A program made the translations under genes and the position numbers. The notes under the pieces were generated by a model. That model was not told the DNA's origin. It saw only the letters and a list, made by a program, of their open reading frames with translations, and ran no database searches. 64,000 nt of DNA, from assembly GCA_965153455.1 (NCBI GenBank), contig OZ234494.1:8680001-8744000 (forward strand), read 5' to 3'. Origin of the DNA: Sphagnum compactum. Lineage: Eukaryota. Of the stretch, positions 50,901-64,000 are shown one piece after another; positions within the stretch are counted from its first letter, which is position 1; every line of letters begins with the position of its first letter.

Positions 50901-52214
50901 TTATTCGAATCAAATCACATATGCAAAAATCTTTTATTGAAATTAAAGTAGTGATACATTTATTTCATTCAAGCAAGAAATTTCGTTTTTATTTCGATTC
51001 TAAGAAAATTTGTTGCAACCTAAAACAAAAAGGGTACATAACACTATTTAAAAAAAATTTGGTGAATTTTTGCATCCTGGCGACAAAAGAAAAGCCAATA
51101 GGACCCATTCAAAGGCTTAAATTATTGGAAAAAAATGGTCAGCATTTGCCACATTATGAGTATTTTTTTTTGAAATCATAAGATTTAGATAACAGGTTTT
51201 CACATGTTGCCAAATATAAGAGTATTCATTAGCTTTTTAAACCTACCTCTCTTACTGTCACCAAATTTGGCGCTGTCCTCTTTGTGGATGATGCCCACAC
51301 CACGTACCTCACAAAATCGGAAAAAAAATACACTGGTACCTAAGTATGTGTGCACACATGCACATTTTCCCCCAAATTTATGAAGTAGCACAAGTTGTGA
51401 TCATCCATGGTAAAATGATCTAGCCAAATTTGGTTACAAACAAAATATGAAAGTAGAAATTTTTAAAGGATTTTTAAAAAAAACTTTTACCTGTTAAAAC
51501 TTGAAACCTGAGGTACAATCTAGAAGATTCAGGAAAAAAACAAATTGGCACTCAGAAAGCCTAAAAAGGTTTGTGCATTTTTCAAAAAAATAGTCAGGTT
51601 GGTGGTTACTAAATTTCACAACACAATGATTACTACCTTTTACCTACAATTGAAGTAGTTTTAAATAATATATATTTTTTGTTGGCTGTCTGTAAGGGAG
51701 AGACTATTGAACAGTGTTATTTTCATTTGGTCCCAAACTTTGAGGAATGTTCACCAGGTATGCTGTGAACGAACACTTCAAATTTTAAAGAAATATGTGG
51801 AACATTTCATAACTTGGAAGTGTTGCTGGTTTGAACTTGCCATAAAGAACAGACACATGTTTTGTTCTAGCATGTTTTGATCTTGAATAGCAATTGGGCC
51901 AACAATCCCTTTGAGGTGAGCACTGTAATGAACCATCCCCTAAAATAACTAAAGAAGTGTTACTAAATTGTTTTTATTGTGCAAGATTATTATTCATACA
52001 CCTCAAAAGATGGATCAACAAGTTTGTTTCTTTTTCCAAATGAAAACAAAGCGGAGAAGGAAAGGGAAATGTAGAAAAAACAAAAAACAAAAGAAAAAAG
52101 TGACACTTTGCTGAAAGATTGTTGCGGTTGCTGTGCCTTCACTGTGCTTCAATTGCAAGTGTGTGTAGCAATTAAGAAGGGCCACTATGGAAAAATACTT
52201 GACAATTTGAAGTT

Positions 52215-52476
52215 AACAAATCTAATAAAACATTGGACATCTCGAATAGAAGCTGGAATAGCCCAATTGACAATTATTTAAGCCTTACGAGGATTCATGC
52301 AAATACCATTGCCAAAGATGACATAACTCAAAAGTTCCACTTTAGATTGATGAAATTCACATTTCCAATTTGGCATAAAATCCAACTTCCCAAAGCTTCT
52401 CTAAAACCAAATATACATGGCATGGTCCTCCATGTTCTTTGAGAAAATGAAGACGTCATCAATGTAACAGACCAAC
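52215..52476 (-). pseudogene. Ty3/Gypsy RT fragment
   Basis: Manual translation VCYIDDVFIFSKNMEDH...FYAKL...EFHQSKVELL...IRDVQCFIRFVNF, with frameshifts. Confidence 0.75.
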
Positions 52477-53916
52477 GACGTTAGCAAGTGAGCAGGTGAC
52501 CATGACAGTGCAAACATGATACAATGAGCCAACGGGGTTATTGTAAAAAAGGATTGCATGTCCTTTTTGCCAAAAAAACTTTTTCATATGAATGAATTTT
52601 AGAACATTTTTTTTGGCAACTTGTTATAATAAATGTTTATAGTTGTCCAAGTACATGACATGTTTTTTTTCTCATCATTTTTGAATAAATATGAATTTTT
52701 GAAAGTGTCTTGACTCCTTGTAAATTTAATGTTTCGTCATTGAAAATGATAATAATTTCAAATCATAAACAATTTTATTCTTTTTACATTTTTATGTTTT
52801 CTTGTATGATAAATTACAAATTTTTTTAACACATCATGTACATTTTACCCCATTTATGTGTGGCAAAGGACTTTTGAAGTTGTAAAATTCTGGATCAATT
52901 TTGAAAAGTTGAAAATTTTTGTTTTACAATTCCACATATCTTAGGGTATGAGTTTTTTTTAATGTGGTTAATAGGTATTTATCCTCTTAATTTTTTTCCA
53001 TCAAATGTGATTTATTATATGAGTCCTTTTCATAGTCCTTTACAAAATTGATTCATGTATGATGCATTCCTATTCACTTTTAGATGTCTTAAATCAAAAC
53101 TTAAAGTTTAAAATTTCATCAAATGGATTTCTGGTTTTGAATTCCTTGACATTCATATGAATGAAAAAGCAATAACTTGCCATGATTGCCATGGCTTTAA
53201 ATTGCAAAACAGAAATATTTATCCAATTTTGATTACTTTTCTTTGCGGTTCGATGTTTTTTTTGGTTCATTGGATTGTGACTGCACTCGCGAATAGGTGA
53301 GAAGGTGAGCGTGAGCAGGTTCGCATGAGCAAGAAGGAATCTTTTAAAATATTCCATGCCACATCATGGAATATTCTTAATATATTTTTCTACCACGTGG
53401 AATTAATATATGACATGGCAAAATATTCCACACCTTGTCATGGAATATTTTACCATGTCACATAGATGATTTGTTGGCGTATCAACAATGATTTATTGAC
53501 TCTAAACATATTATCATTCTTGGTGCAACCAATGCTCCAAATATCTAAGGTTCCTATACAATATCTTTAATATTTTTAGAATTGTTTGAAATGATGAGAA
53601 ACTACATGCCTAAGAAATATTTGATGAATTTAAACTAATAAATATATTAGTTTTCAACAAACATGTGCTACGATGGCAAGGTACTACAACATTTTACATA
53701 ATAAGATAGTATACATGAAAGCACGTTATGACTATCAATGGGTTTATTGTAAATAAAATGTATAAAGTTTTATCAAATTACATATTTTGATGCCACACCA
53801 CTAGTTTAATCGTAACCAGAAACAAAACTTCTTACATAATGGAACCAACTATAGCAAGCTTGATGAATGAAAAAACACATTGGATTTGAAACAAATGTAA
53901 TTATTATGCACTATCA

Positions 53917-56400
53917 CTAGAGTCCAAAGGCTTTAGAGTGTTCTAACAAACGTTGAACTTCATCCCAACTCCACTTGCAATAATGAATGAACTCTTCTCT
54001 GAGCCCACAAAACATAATCGTTTGCAAGATGCGATACACATGTTTGCATTGCACATATGCCCCACAGCCACCCAACGAACCTACCAACCACTACTAGAAA
54101 ACATGGTATTTTTTGATTGGCAAATTTAGTTAAAAAGTACCCAATTTGAATAGGCATAAAAAAAACCACTCTATCATTTTGGACAAGTCGATTTCGACAT
54201 GTCCATTGTGACTAGGGTGGTTTTTTTTTACTGGACCATTTAATTGGTCATTTTGACTGGTAATTTTGATGAGTCAAATTTTTGTCTAGATAAATTTTTT
54301 TATGGTTGGTAGGTAGGTAGGTAGGTCATAAAAAGGTAGGCAAGTAAGTAGTAGCCTACCCTAGCCTACCCTATCCTACTTGACCTACTTTAATTTAACC
54401 TAGTATATATTATTTAACCTACCTTACCTACTTTAGCCCCTTAAGCATGTACGTAAGTTATAATGTTAAGAATTGAACCCTTGACCTCCACAATGATAAA
54501 CCAAGTCCTTAACCAATGGACCACACCATCAAAAGGTGTGGTAGTATGTAGGTAGGTAGGTAAATAGATAGGCAAGTAGGTGGGTAGGTAGTATATAGGT
54601 AGGTAGGCCGATGGGTTTGTAGGTACGTAGTACATGTATATAAATAGGTGTGTGGGAAAGCAGGTAGGTAGTACATCCATGTAGGTGGGTGGGTGGGTAG
54701 GTAGGTAGGTAGTTAATATGTAGGTAGGTTATAGGTGGGTGGATAGGTAGGTAGGTAGTACATCTAGGTAGGTGGGTGGGTTGGTAGTTAGGTAGTACAT
54801 TTAGGTAGGTAGGTAGGTTGTAAAACATTGTAAGTGGGAGGTAGGAAGTAGGTATGTAATAGGCATAAGGTGTTCCATTTGATTAGAGAACATTGGTCAT
54901 TTTGACTAATGATGTCATTTCTTATGTTCAATTTGACTAGATGTCCCATTTGACTAAAACCCATTGGCCATTTTAACTAGGGTTATTTAACTTGACTAGA
55001 TGTATTGATCAAATAAGTCACCCTAGTCAAGTTGATTGGTCAAAAAATACATGTTTCAAGCCCCTAGTCAAAATGGACATGTCCATTAGTAAAAAAAAAC
55101 CAATTAGTTAACTTGAACCATTTGAAAAACCATGTTTTGTAATAGTGAACATTCTAACAAAGTAGACACATGAACATCCATAGAAATTGCCAATAGTGAC
55201 ATCATATCGGTTGTCATTATAAAGAATATTGTAAATTCATCCATACCCAGGTGGCGAGACATCAACAATAGGGAAAACAATGCATTGGAGAAGTAACTTG
55301 CTAACTTCTTAATTGTTCGTGTGCTGTTGTGTTATCTTGAACACAAAAGGTCATCTCACTTTCTTGCCACCACGAGTTCTAGGCCAACAACTTGCATTGG
55401 ACAGCCTCATAAGGCTATGATAACTCACAACAAGCACATGGGAATTGCTTGAACTAGAAGATTGCAAACCAAATAAACTTTGAGCATTGTTTTTACGTAG
55501 GTGGTCAAGGGAAAACCCTGCCTCTTCTAGAGTTGTTACTTCCTTTTGGGTCAAGTTAGTACCTTTTTGGATTGGCCATACAGTTGGAACTATAGGCCTA
55601 ACAACTGTAAATTTTTGGGTTCGCCCACCCACACAACAGCTCAAGTCATTGGGACTAAACTAATGTTTATGGTGTTCGAGTGATCCACTGTGATATTCAA
55701 CCTAGAAACTTGAGTAACATGGAGTAGGAATTCCACTTGCTAATTTGTAAATTTTGATCCTTGCTCTGCATTTAAGAGTTGTGGTTTTTTGGAGTGCAAA
55801 ATATTGAATTGCAGATTTGGGTGGGCAACTTTCAATACACCACTGGCCATCAACACAAATACTTTCCTTCAACTATAAGCCACCTTGAAAGAGCAAAGGT
55901 AGCAAATCATTAGAATTAGGTGGTTGTTGTTGAACGTGTACATCCTCCACAATATCAAATTCAGGAATCGAAACGGATACATGTGGATGAGAAAAATTCA
56001 CACGGTCAAGATGATGGGAATTTTCATCTATGTTTAGAGGACAATCAACAGGTTGTTTGGTAGACCCAAACACCTCTTCTCCCTCGAGGTGCAGAAGGCA
56101 ATTTGTGAAAGGTGACCTAAATGTGTAATTTGCCACAACGGCCACAAGTTTGGCATGATCACTCAATCCTTGTGCTTTCCTCAACAGTAATTCATTTTTA
56201 TTGGGTCCATGACTAGTTAGACCACCTTGCAAATATTTTCTATACAATGTAGACTATTTGAAAGCATGAACATAGTCATCGGACGTTGCTATGTACAGAC
56301 AAATGCCACGTTTTCCTGATTATTGCAACCATATGTTATGCACAATTTTTATTAGATTCCAAGTGGGCATGTCCACCCACTCCTCATCATTGAACTTCTA
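53917..56400 (-). pseudogene. Degenerate SWIM-finger, transposase-like (Mutator-related?) gene, split by a CACTA element
   Basis: Removing the CACTA element restores YDVTIGNFYGCSCVYFVRMLVGSLGGCGAYVQCKHVY (SWIM CxC..CxH); upstream MPTWNLIKIVHNIW resembles the TxNxxExxH motif; many stops. Confidence 0.6.
54089..55147. mobile_element. Non-autonomous CACTA (En/Spm) element, 1059 bp
   Basis: TIRs CACTACTAGAAAACATGG and CCATGTTTTGTAATAGTG; 3-bp TSD AAC; subterminal TTTGACT(A/G)-type repeats; internal (TAGG)n-rich tract ~54300-54860. Confidence 0.92.
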
Positions 56401-57139
56401 TAGGTGAAAGGAAAAAAAAGGTCAATAAAATTTGAAATATCACAACGGACTTAGAGCGAGAGTGCAAATGGAATTAAAGAGCAAATGAAGTTCCTATATT
56501 AAATGTAAACAAGAAAGAGAGTAATAAAAATTTGAACAACGAAATATTCACATGGACCATGAACCCTTCCCATTATCTAACACAAAAATGTTAGAAGCTA
56601 AACCAATTGCCAAGCTCATGGACACCTGCCTCAAAAGTAACCCCAAATGAAAGCCACCAACAATAAATTAAACCATATAGACTATTGACCTCACCAAGGG
56701 ATTTTGCACCCTTGTATTAGTGGGAAAGAAAGATGTGTTGATCTTGAAATTCAGGTTTGATCAGTTGTTTTGATGCACCCCCAATTTTGATTCAAGAAGA
56801 AGAACAGAGATTCAACAAATCAGAAAGGGAAGAAGTAGTACCAAGGTATAAATCTGTTTACCTCTTTATTATCGAAATCGTTAGGAGAATGAAAAGTTTG
56901 AACAAAAAGCTCAAAATTTTGAACCTCCGATTTATTATGTGGTTGAACAAGAAGCCACAACTCAGGGTATCAGAATGTCCAAAGGAATTAAATTGGTACT
57001 TGTAACTAAACAAAAAATTGTAATCTTACCAAGAGTAGAACTAAAAGTAGCAAAAAGTGTTTCAGTGGTTGTAAAAGTGAAGTACAGTAAACTGAAATTT
57101 AATCAGTAGAATGAAAACATAGTTAAAGTTCCAAGGGAT

Positions 57140-57453
57140 TAGAGTAGAGGGATTCATAATGTGAATAGAGTTCCAAAACCAAATTTTCCACATTGCACAT
57201 ATTGCCATTAAATTGGACATCAAATCAATGAATGTCCATTTATTGAAGATAATGTGAGGCAAGGATTTGTTGAACATTTTTAGAATCTGAATTCGGAACC
57301 CACAAGAGTAGGGAATCATGGATATATTGAGCTAAAGGATCTGTACCATGAAAAGGTTAGAATTCCAGATAGACTCAAATAACAAATTTGGAGAGAAAAC
57401 AAAGTGGAAATGAGAGCTCAAATTGTGGCAGATGTAATGCCTATTTCTATAGC
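57140..57453 (+). pseudogene. Retrotransposon gag remnant with zinc knuckle
   Basis: Manual translation PHCTYCH*IGHQINECPF (CX2CX4HX4C). Confidence 0.55.
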
Positions 57454-57580
57454 TGACGCACTCCCAAGCTCCTTGATAGACTCAAGAAGAGTTTAAGGTA
57501 GTGAACAGCGGAAATGTTAGGAGCTCGGGGCACACTCCCAGCTCTCAGCACTTCAAAGGGGTAGAGGGGCGTGCTGAGGC
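57454..57580 (-). repeat. Truncated chromovirus LTR end, related to the LTRs of A-C
   Basis: Starts TGACGCACTCCCAAG and contains GGGGTAGAGGGGCGTGCT as in those LTRs. Confidence 0.75.
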
Positions 57581-59919
57581 TAAAATGTAAGAAAAATTTG
57601 CACACAAATGGTTACTTGGTAGGCTATATATGTGTCACGACTTAGTTCATTCCATCACGTAATCAAGGTGAACCACAAACCCAAATTAACCAATTCACTT
57701 TTAAGCCAATGCCCATTTAACCTGCAAAAACATCTAAGGTAAAATCAATTGAAACAAACATGTCATACAACATGCATTTAAAGCACCAATGAGAAGTTGC
57801 AACCCTAAACCATATTTCAGTCAATACATGCAATTTTCAACCAAAAGATCACATGTACATCTAAAGTTATAATGGCTGAGCACAAACATCCATAAATTGA
57901 ACTTCACATAAATGTGAAATGTGTACAATGTCTAGGACTTTCTCTTTTTCCTTTGTTTCACTTGTGATAACATAGGTTTAGCAAACTTGGTCTGTAAGTC
58001 TTGGGAGGTCATTAGGTTGCATTGGGTTCTTCCTCTTTTGTTTAGAATCATTTGAGTGTTGACTATTGGTGGGGTTACAGCTGCAACAATCTACATTGCC
58101 ATCTACACATTGACTAGAGGAAGGTTTCTGTCTAGGAAGGGCAACTTCAAAAGTTTTTGAAGGTGATAAACTAGTGTTCAAATTAAGAAGAAGTTCAACA
58201 CCTAATTCATCATTTCTAGTTGAGTCAGCTGCAACTCCCTTGGAACCGGTGAAGATATTTGTTAAGGGGGTTGGATGATTACATGATTTTGGATGAACAA
58301 GCATTTAGGATAGGGACTAATCAAAGAACTTTGTTAGTTTGAATTTTGAATTCTTATTGGTTTTGAATCATGATGAGGAGACGGGACTGCCCAAAGGGGG
58401 AGGTTTTAGAAAAGAAAGGATTCTTAAACACATAGTTTTGGGAAAGAGTGGGAGGCACTATAGGAACTTTGTAGTAGAAAACCATAGACTATGTTTTGAT
58501 ATACCACTTATTTAATTGTTGTTTTGGTTGTTTGCAATAAAACATGGGATTCTATTGTAATTTTGATTCATGTTTTCAATAATGTAGAGAAGCACAAACT
58601 TTTGTACTGAATTCTATGTTTATACCGTTGTGTGAATTTTCTGTAGTATCAAAATATGATGAAATGAATTGTAATCTTGTTTTTGGAGTTTTTTTCAATG
58701 TATTTTAAAGTGTAGATTTTGGTTATATGAAATAACCATGAATCTGGTGTTTTAATGAATGGCAGTGTAAAGTGTTGAGAAACAAGGTAGAAATAGTGAA
58801 TGTATGTAAGTGAAATGCAAATCTGTTATTACATTAGTGTGGAAATTTTTTGTAGGAATTAAATTTCACTTCTACCAATATTTGTAGCTCCTTTTTTGGT
58901 GGAGTCATGATCTCTACCTCTTTTTCTAGCAAAGTCATTTGCAGCATCATTTTCAGCACCAGAATCAGAATCGACAGCTCCCTTTGTGGAGGAATCTATT
59001 ATAGCTCCATCATCAACCTTTTGATTTTTTGGCGAACCATCAACCCACCTCTCCAATTTTGATCCATCATCACTTTTTGACCCAAAATCATAATCACATT
59101 CATCCTCCCCAAAGATTTCCAAGCCATTTTCCTTATCACTTTTCCTTGGTGTCATCTTTATATGTGATGATGAAGTAGGTAGGTTTGTTGTAGAATCAAA
59201 AGCTTTTGCAAGTGAAAGCATAAGAGGACTTATGGATGTAGTAAGGGAGGTAATTCGTTCCCACCCACTTGTGCCAATTTTACATGAGGGACACATTGTT
59301 TGACCTTAGACGCATGCATAACAAAAATCACAGTGGCCACAAGGTTGCACAAAGATCAATAAGGTATCACAAGGTTAGTCATCAAATACAATGGTAAAAT
59401 GTAGCTGTTCATTATATAAGATAAATGAATTATAACAGTTAAGTATTGAACATGCATTTCATGAACTGTCACGTTAGTTTACCTTCAAGCAAATAGTGGC
59501 CTTGGTTTCAAAACACAATGCATAGACTTTGGGCACTTTTTTAGGCTTCTCGATTGTAGGCACTGCAACCGGTTTTGAAATAGTTGATGTTGTTTTTTGG
59601 GTAGCTCGTGAAAGGTTGGATAGACCCTCCTTTATAGTTGGGTTAGATAGATGACCTTTATCTAACACATATGACCCCAAGTTTGCAAGTTGCGACCCAA
59701 TTTTGCATACATTTAGATCAAATGTTACAACTTCTACATTGAAACACAGGTCCATCATGCAATTTCCATGAGTCCTCAATTTCATTTAGTATTCACAAAT
59801 TTTTATGGGAAATTGTCTTGAGTTGAATAGGACTCATGTAATAAATTTCCTTGAATATGTAAGTCCAATGTGCATTCAAGGACTTTAATAACTTATGCAA
59901 TTCAAGAAAATATATTGCA

Positions 59920-60500
59920 AACTTCCAAGATTTTGAAACCCAATGTTAAGATTATTGAGGGCAAAACTTGAAAATTTAGGATTTTGAACCCAATGTCAGG
60001 ATTATTCAGGACAACATGAAAATTCAGGACTATGAGAGTCAATATCAAGACTAGATTCAGGACAAAACTTGAAAATTGAAGACTTTGAGACCTTACGTCA
60101 GGACTATCATGACAGAACTTGAAAAACTTAGGATTTAGACCCAATGTTAGGACTAAATTCAAGACAGAACTTGGCAAATTTAGGATTTTTTTGAAACCCA
60201 ATGTCAAGACTATTCAGGACAAAACTTCAAAAATTCAGAACTTTGACCTAATTTCAAGATTATTCAAGACAAAACTTGAAAAATCCAAGACTTTGAAACC
60301 CAATGTCAACACTATTCAAGACAAAACTCGAAAAAGTTAGGACTTTGAAACCCAATGTTAAGACTATTCAAGACAGGACTTGAAAATTTCAATACTTTGA
60401 CCCAATGTTAAAACTATTCATTGCAGAACTTGAAAAACTCAAGATTTTGACCCAATGTCAAGATTATTCAAGACATAACTTAATAATGTTCAAAACTTTA
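59920..60500. repeat. ~51-bp tandem repeat, about 11 diverged copies
   Basis: Unit ~CCCAATGTCAAGACTATTCAAGACAAAACTTGAAAAATxxAGACTTTGA. Confidence 0.85.
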
Positions 60501-60973
60501 AGACATAATTACAAAGTTCAATAAGTACTCAACCAACTCCTTAGTGACATCAAAACCATGAAACAAAAATTGACTTTTGAAGTAGGACATCATTTAAGTG
60601 TTTAGGACTTTCACACACATTCGTAGAGTCCTTGGAGAACTTAATTAGTTCTTGAATGGACATAAAAGGAATGCCAGATGGAAATTATGTCCTAAAACAA
60701 GACCAGAGATTTGTTCATGACTTTTACATCCACCTTATTAATACTCAATTACTTCATGCATGGAATGGAATAAAACTTGTACCATGAGATGGAAATTAAG
60801 TCCTGAAACAAGACAACATATTTGTTCTAGGACTTTTACATTCAACTTGGGTCGTTGAATACTCAAGCAATTCTTGAATGGAATATACCCATGACACACA
60901 ACTTCAGAATTCCCCAACAAAATGAAATTGAATGAACTCAAAACATTAAAAAATTGAAATGAATTGTCTTGTC

Positions 60974-62402
60974 TTAAAAGGACTTACCACCCTTTTTGGA
61001 CTTGAAATATTGTCTTGTTGGTATTTTGTTGCCACCGTTAGATGCTCCCAAGATTTCATTTACAACATTTTGATTTCGACTTGGTGGCCTAATCCCCCAA
61101 GCACACCACTTTGGAGTGAAAGGAACTCCACAATCTGGAAGCAAACATTGGAGGTTAAAGGCAATATGCTCAACAATACAACATGGGTGGTATGAGTGAC
61201 CACATGGGGCTATCAAATGATTATGGCATTTGTACTTAAACTTGCAAACTGGACACACATTCAAAATGTAATTAGTGTCTCCAACCATCTTTAGGGTATC
61301 TAGGATTGGTAAAAGGGTACAAGGACAATCCCCTTCCTTTTTCCATCTTTTGTAGTTGGCACTGAATATGATGGATCCTTGCTTCTACTACTTTGAGGTG
61401 TTTCAATGTTATCCCATACACATCCATGTGTATGGCTAAATACTCCTTCAAATTGCTACAATTCTTTTTAGCCAATGTGAATCTCTTGTTGGCTCATGTA
61501 AAATCAATTTAATCATTTGCCTTGTTTGCTTGAACGTTATGAACCTTCTGGTCTGCATTTTCAATTTTAACATTTAACTTTACAATTTGATCCTTAATGA
61601 GATTCAATTCATCATCCTTGTATTCGACGTCAGTGAAATTTACCTTATTCTTCAAAAAAAGTGTAAGCTTGTTTTTCAACCTAGACAATTCTTCTTCAAC
61701 ACCTACAATATCAATGTTAGTTTTTTCCAACTTAACCTCAGTTTCTACAAGCAACTTTTCCCTATCTTGAAGGTTCATGTGAGCTCTATGAATATCTCCA
61801 TGCACATTTTCAAACTCTTTATCAAGACTATTTAATTCCTCTCTCAAAGTTGCACACATTTTTGATTTGGACACCAAAACAGACCTCACATCCTCAATCT
61901 CTGATGTTGACTAGCTAGGAGCACTAGTTGCCCTAGGGTGTGATGTCTTCCGTCTTGACATTTTTGCCTCACACATATCTACTTTGCACAAATTTGTTTG
62001 ACCTTGAGCTGTAGAGCTAGGCTCATCAAATAATGGGGAAGAAAGGTTTAGCACATGGGATCAAGGGGGTCATGGAGGTAGAAGAGTTGATTCAAGCATA
62101 GAGAAATCATTTGTTGATGTGAGGGCTTGCTTTTTTTACTATTGTATCTTTTCACCTCTTGAATCTGTGATTGGAACTAATGCAATTGGGCACCAAATTT
62201 TGTCCAGTTCAACTCTATGCCCTTCACTTTGCACACCAAAGCTCTTGCAAACTGTAGTGATTAGGGTGTTTAATCTTTGACATAACCTTCCAATAAAAAA
62301 TTTCAATCTTTTCACAATGTCTGCTTCAAACTTTTGGTCATATTGCCAACCATTTGTGAGCCATGGATTATAATACCAAAAATTGTTAAGCTTTAGTTCC
62401 AT
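60974..62402 (-). pseudogene. Degenerate coiled-coil + C-terminal RING finger gene
   Basis: Consecutive broken ORFs; heptad-rich segment 61509-61889; CPVC..PCGHSYHPCC..CLLPDC RING-H2-like pattern in 60974-61288. Confidence 0.65.
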
Positions 62403-62873
62403 AGTTTTCCTTAGTATTAATGATTTGAATCCTGATAAACCTCCAAGTAATAATTATTAGGATTTGGATTAACCTTTGGATATTTCAGCGTAGAAGACTC
62501 TTTTATTTAAATTGATGCAAGGCTTAGTTAGTTTTAGGACCTAGTAAACCTATTTAAGTGCATTATCCTTTTATGTTGTAGAGAAGGGAAAGGGGATGTA
62601 GAATTAGATGTGATTTATTGATATATTGGGAATACAAGCCCATAACTAACAATAGCATTTCGCCATGACAATATTAAGTTAGCCTGTAGAATAATCTTCA
62701 GGCACGAATGATGTACTGGAAAGATTTCTAGGATGCAGTCCTAATACATCTTTATTTAGTCTTCACTTCTATCAGACGCTTAGATAGAATCAAAATCAAA
62801 CTTAAGTATTAACATTTCCACTTGAGTGGCCTCAGGTGAATTACAACTTAGTAAACAACTTTAAGAAGATAGA

Positions 62874-63317
62874 TCACAATTGCAAAAACTCTAGAATGCG
62901 ACGTATGGTGCGAGCTAGGTATTCGGCTCGATGCTGCATGGAAAGGGGGTTAATTGGGCCTCGTAGCCAACGGTAATGGCCATCACCAGGAACCCAAGTT
63001 CGACAATGAAGACAAACATCGTCGTCTTCACATTGACACTCTTTAAACCTTTCTGGCGCGGTTCCTCGAGCAGGAACGAATTCTAAATAAATTGCTAAAG
63101 CATGTTGGTTAGGAGACAATCGATGATCGCATGCCGAACGATCGACTCGAGTGCGCACCACTCTTCTGGATGGTTCTTCTTTGCGTGACCGTTGAGAGAC
63201 ATTCACCGCAAGCGCTACTGCGTCAAGCGGTGTTTCGTCAAGCGGTGCTTCTTTAAGCTCTTCCTTGTCTACTGGTGCAACTGGAGGATTCGAAGGCGTA
63301 GCGACATCATCTGCCAT
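62874..63317 (-). CDS. Small intronless orphan protein (147 aa), homologous to 23245-23667
   Basis: ATG at 63317; intact ORF; ends RTIRRILEFLQL*. Confidence 0.75.
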   Translation of the reverse strand: MADDVATPSNPPVAPVDKEELKEAPLDETPLDAVALAVNVSQRSRKEEPSRRVVRTRVDRSACDHRLSPNQHALAIYLEFVPARGTAPERFKECQCEDDDVCLHCRTWVPGDGHYRWLRGPINPLSMQHRAEYLARTIRRILEFLQL

Positions 63318-64000
63318 GACTAAATTATCACCTGCATCAACAAAAATAGAGGGTAGCAGAAACAATGTGGTACTTGCATTCAGAAGGGGTCAAGGCCTTT
63401 TTATTTAACAAATTAGGGTAGGCGTAAAGTGTGGGAATGACGGCGGAACCTCATGAAAATTCAAACATCCTAGATCTAATGGATTCATCGAACCCTAATT
63501 TCGACGGTGGATCTAGGAGTATGTGAGGGTTTTTGTGATGCAAATTTCAATTCCAATTTACTATGTACTACATAGTTCATTAATGCATGGAAGAAAAAAT
63601 AAGTAGGGAATATCAAAAGAGTAAATGGTACGTGGGGATGTTACTTCAACCATTGAATTGATTTAGTCAAGTAAGGATTCAAGGATGTTTACTTGTTACT
63701 ATCGATAAATTGTCTTAGTAGTTAGTTATTTGAAATAATTAGGATGAAGAAGTAGGATGTGAAGGTCAACGGACGGAAAGGATAAGGATCAAGCTCAAGA
63801 ACCTCATCAAGCTATCTAAGATAAGGGGAAGGATGAGTCCTCCAATCCCATTAGTCATGAGGATTGTTATCCTATTTGATTGGAGGATGGAATATTTTTT
63901 GTGTCTCATTGGGTCCAATAATTCTCAACCTAAAATCAATTAGAGGGTAAATCATTCTCAATTCTCATTAACTCTTAAAGGATGAGGAGGCCATTGATTA

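Noticed and set aside
54441-54828. PTYL-rich ORFs
   Set aside because: Translation of the (TAGG)n tract inside the CACTA element.
56966-56975. GGTATCAGA PBS-like sequence before the gag remnant
   Set aside because: Partial match with no identifiable adjacent LTR end.

Overview
Eukaryotic land-plant genomic DNA. Bryophyte-like origin (the repeats resemble Sphagnum-type elements) is an inference. Bases 1-22 kb are a nested retrotransposon stack whose junctions all resolve by target-site duplications (TSDs): a decayed non-LTR RT was hit by an older chromovirus (644-21725, TSD TAGTT), which was then hit by a solo LTR (TSD GTTTT), an intact, very young chromovirus with one 1496-aa ORF (TSD ATCAA) and a Ty1/Copia element (TSD GTTGG). 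Bases 22-33 kb hold tandem repeats, a small orphan ORF, a head-to-tail array of non-autonomous Helitrons carrying a captured oligopeptide-transporter exon, and a GC-rich hAT transposon. Bases 33-48 kb hold two convergent intron-containing host genes, a BPI/LBP lipid-binding protein (+) and a GH116 non-lysosomal glucosylceramidase (-); the latter has two related MITEs in its introns. Bases 52-64 kb are a decayed minus-strand cassette: a SWIM-finger transposase-like gene split by a CACTA element, a coiled-coil+RING gene and a 51-bp satellite, ending in a second, divergent but intact copy of the orphan ORF. This orphan pair (42/82 ungapped identities, mostly synonymous changes at the C-terminus, shared downstream 15-mer) is the most novel-looking signal. 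All counts were made by eye, without tools.
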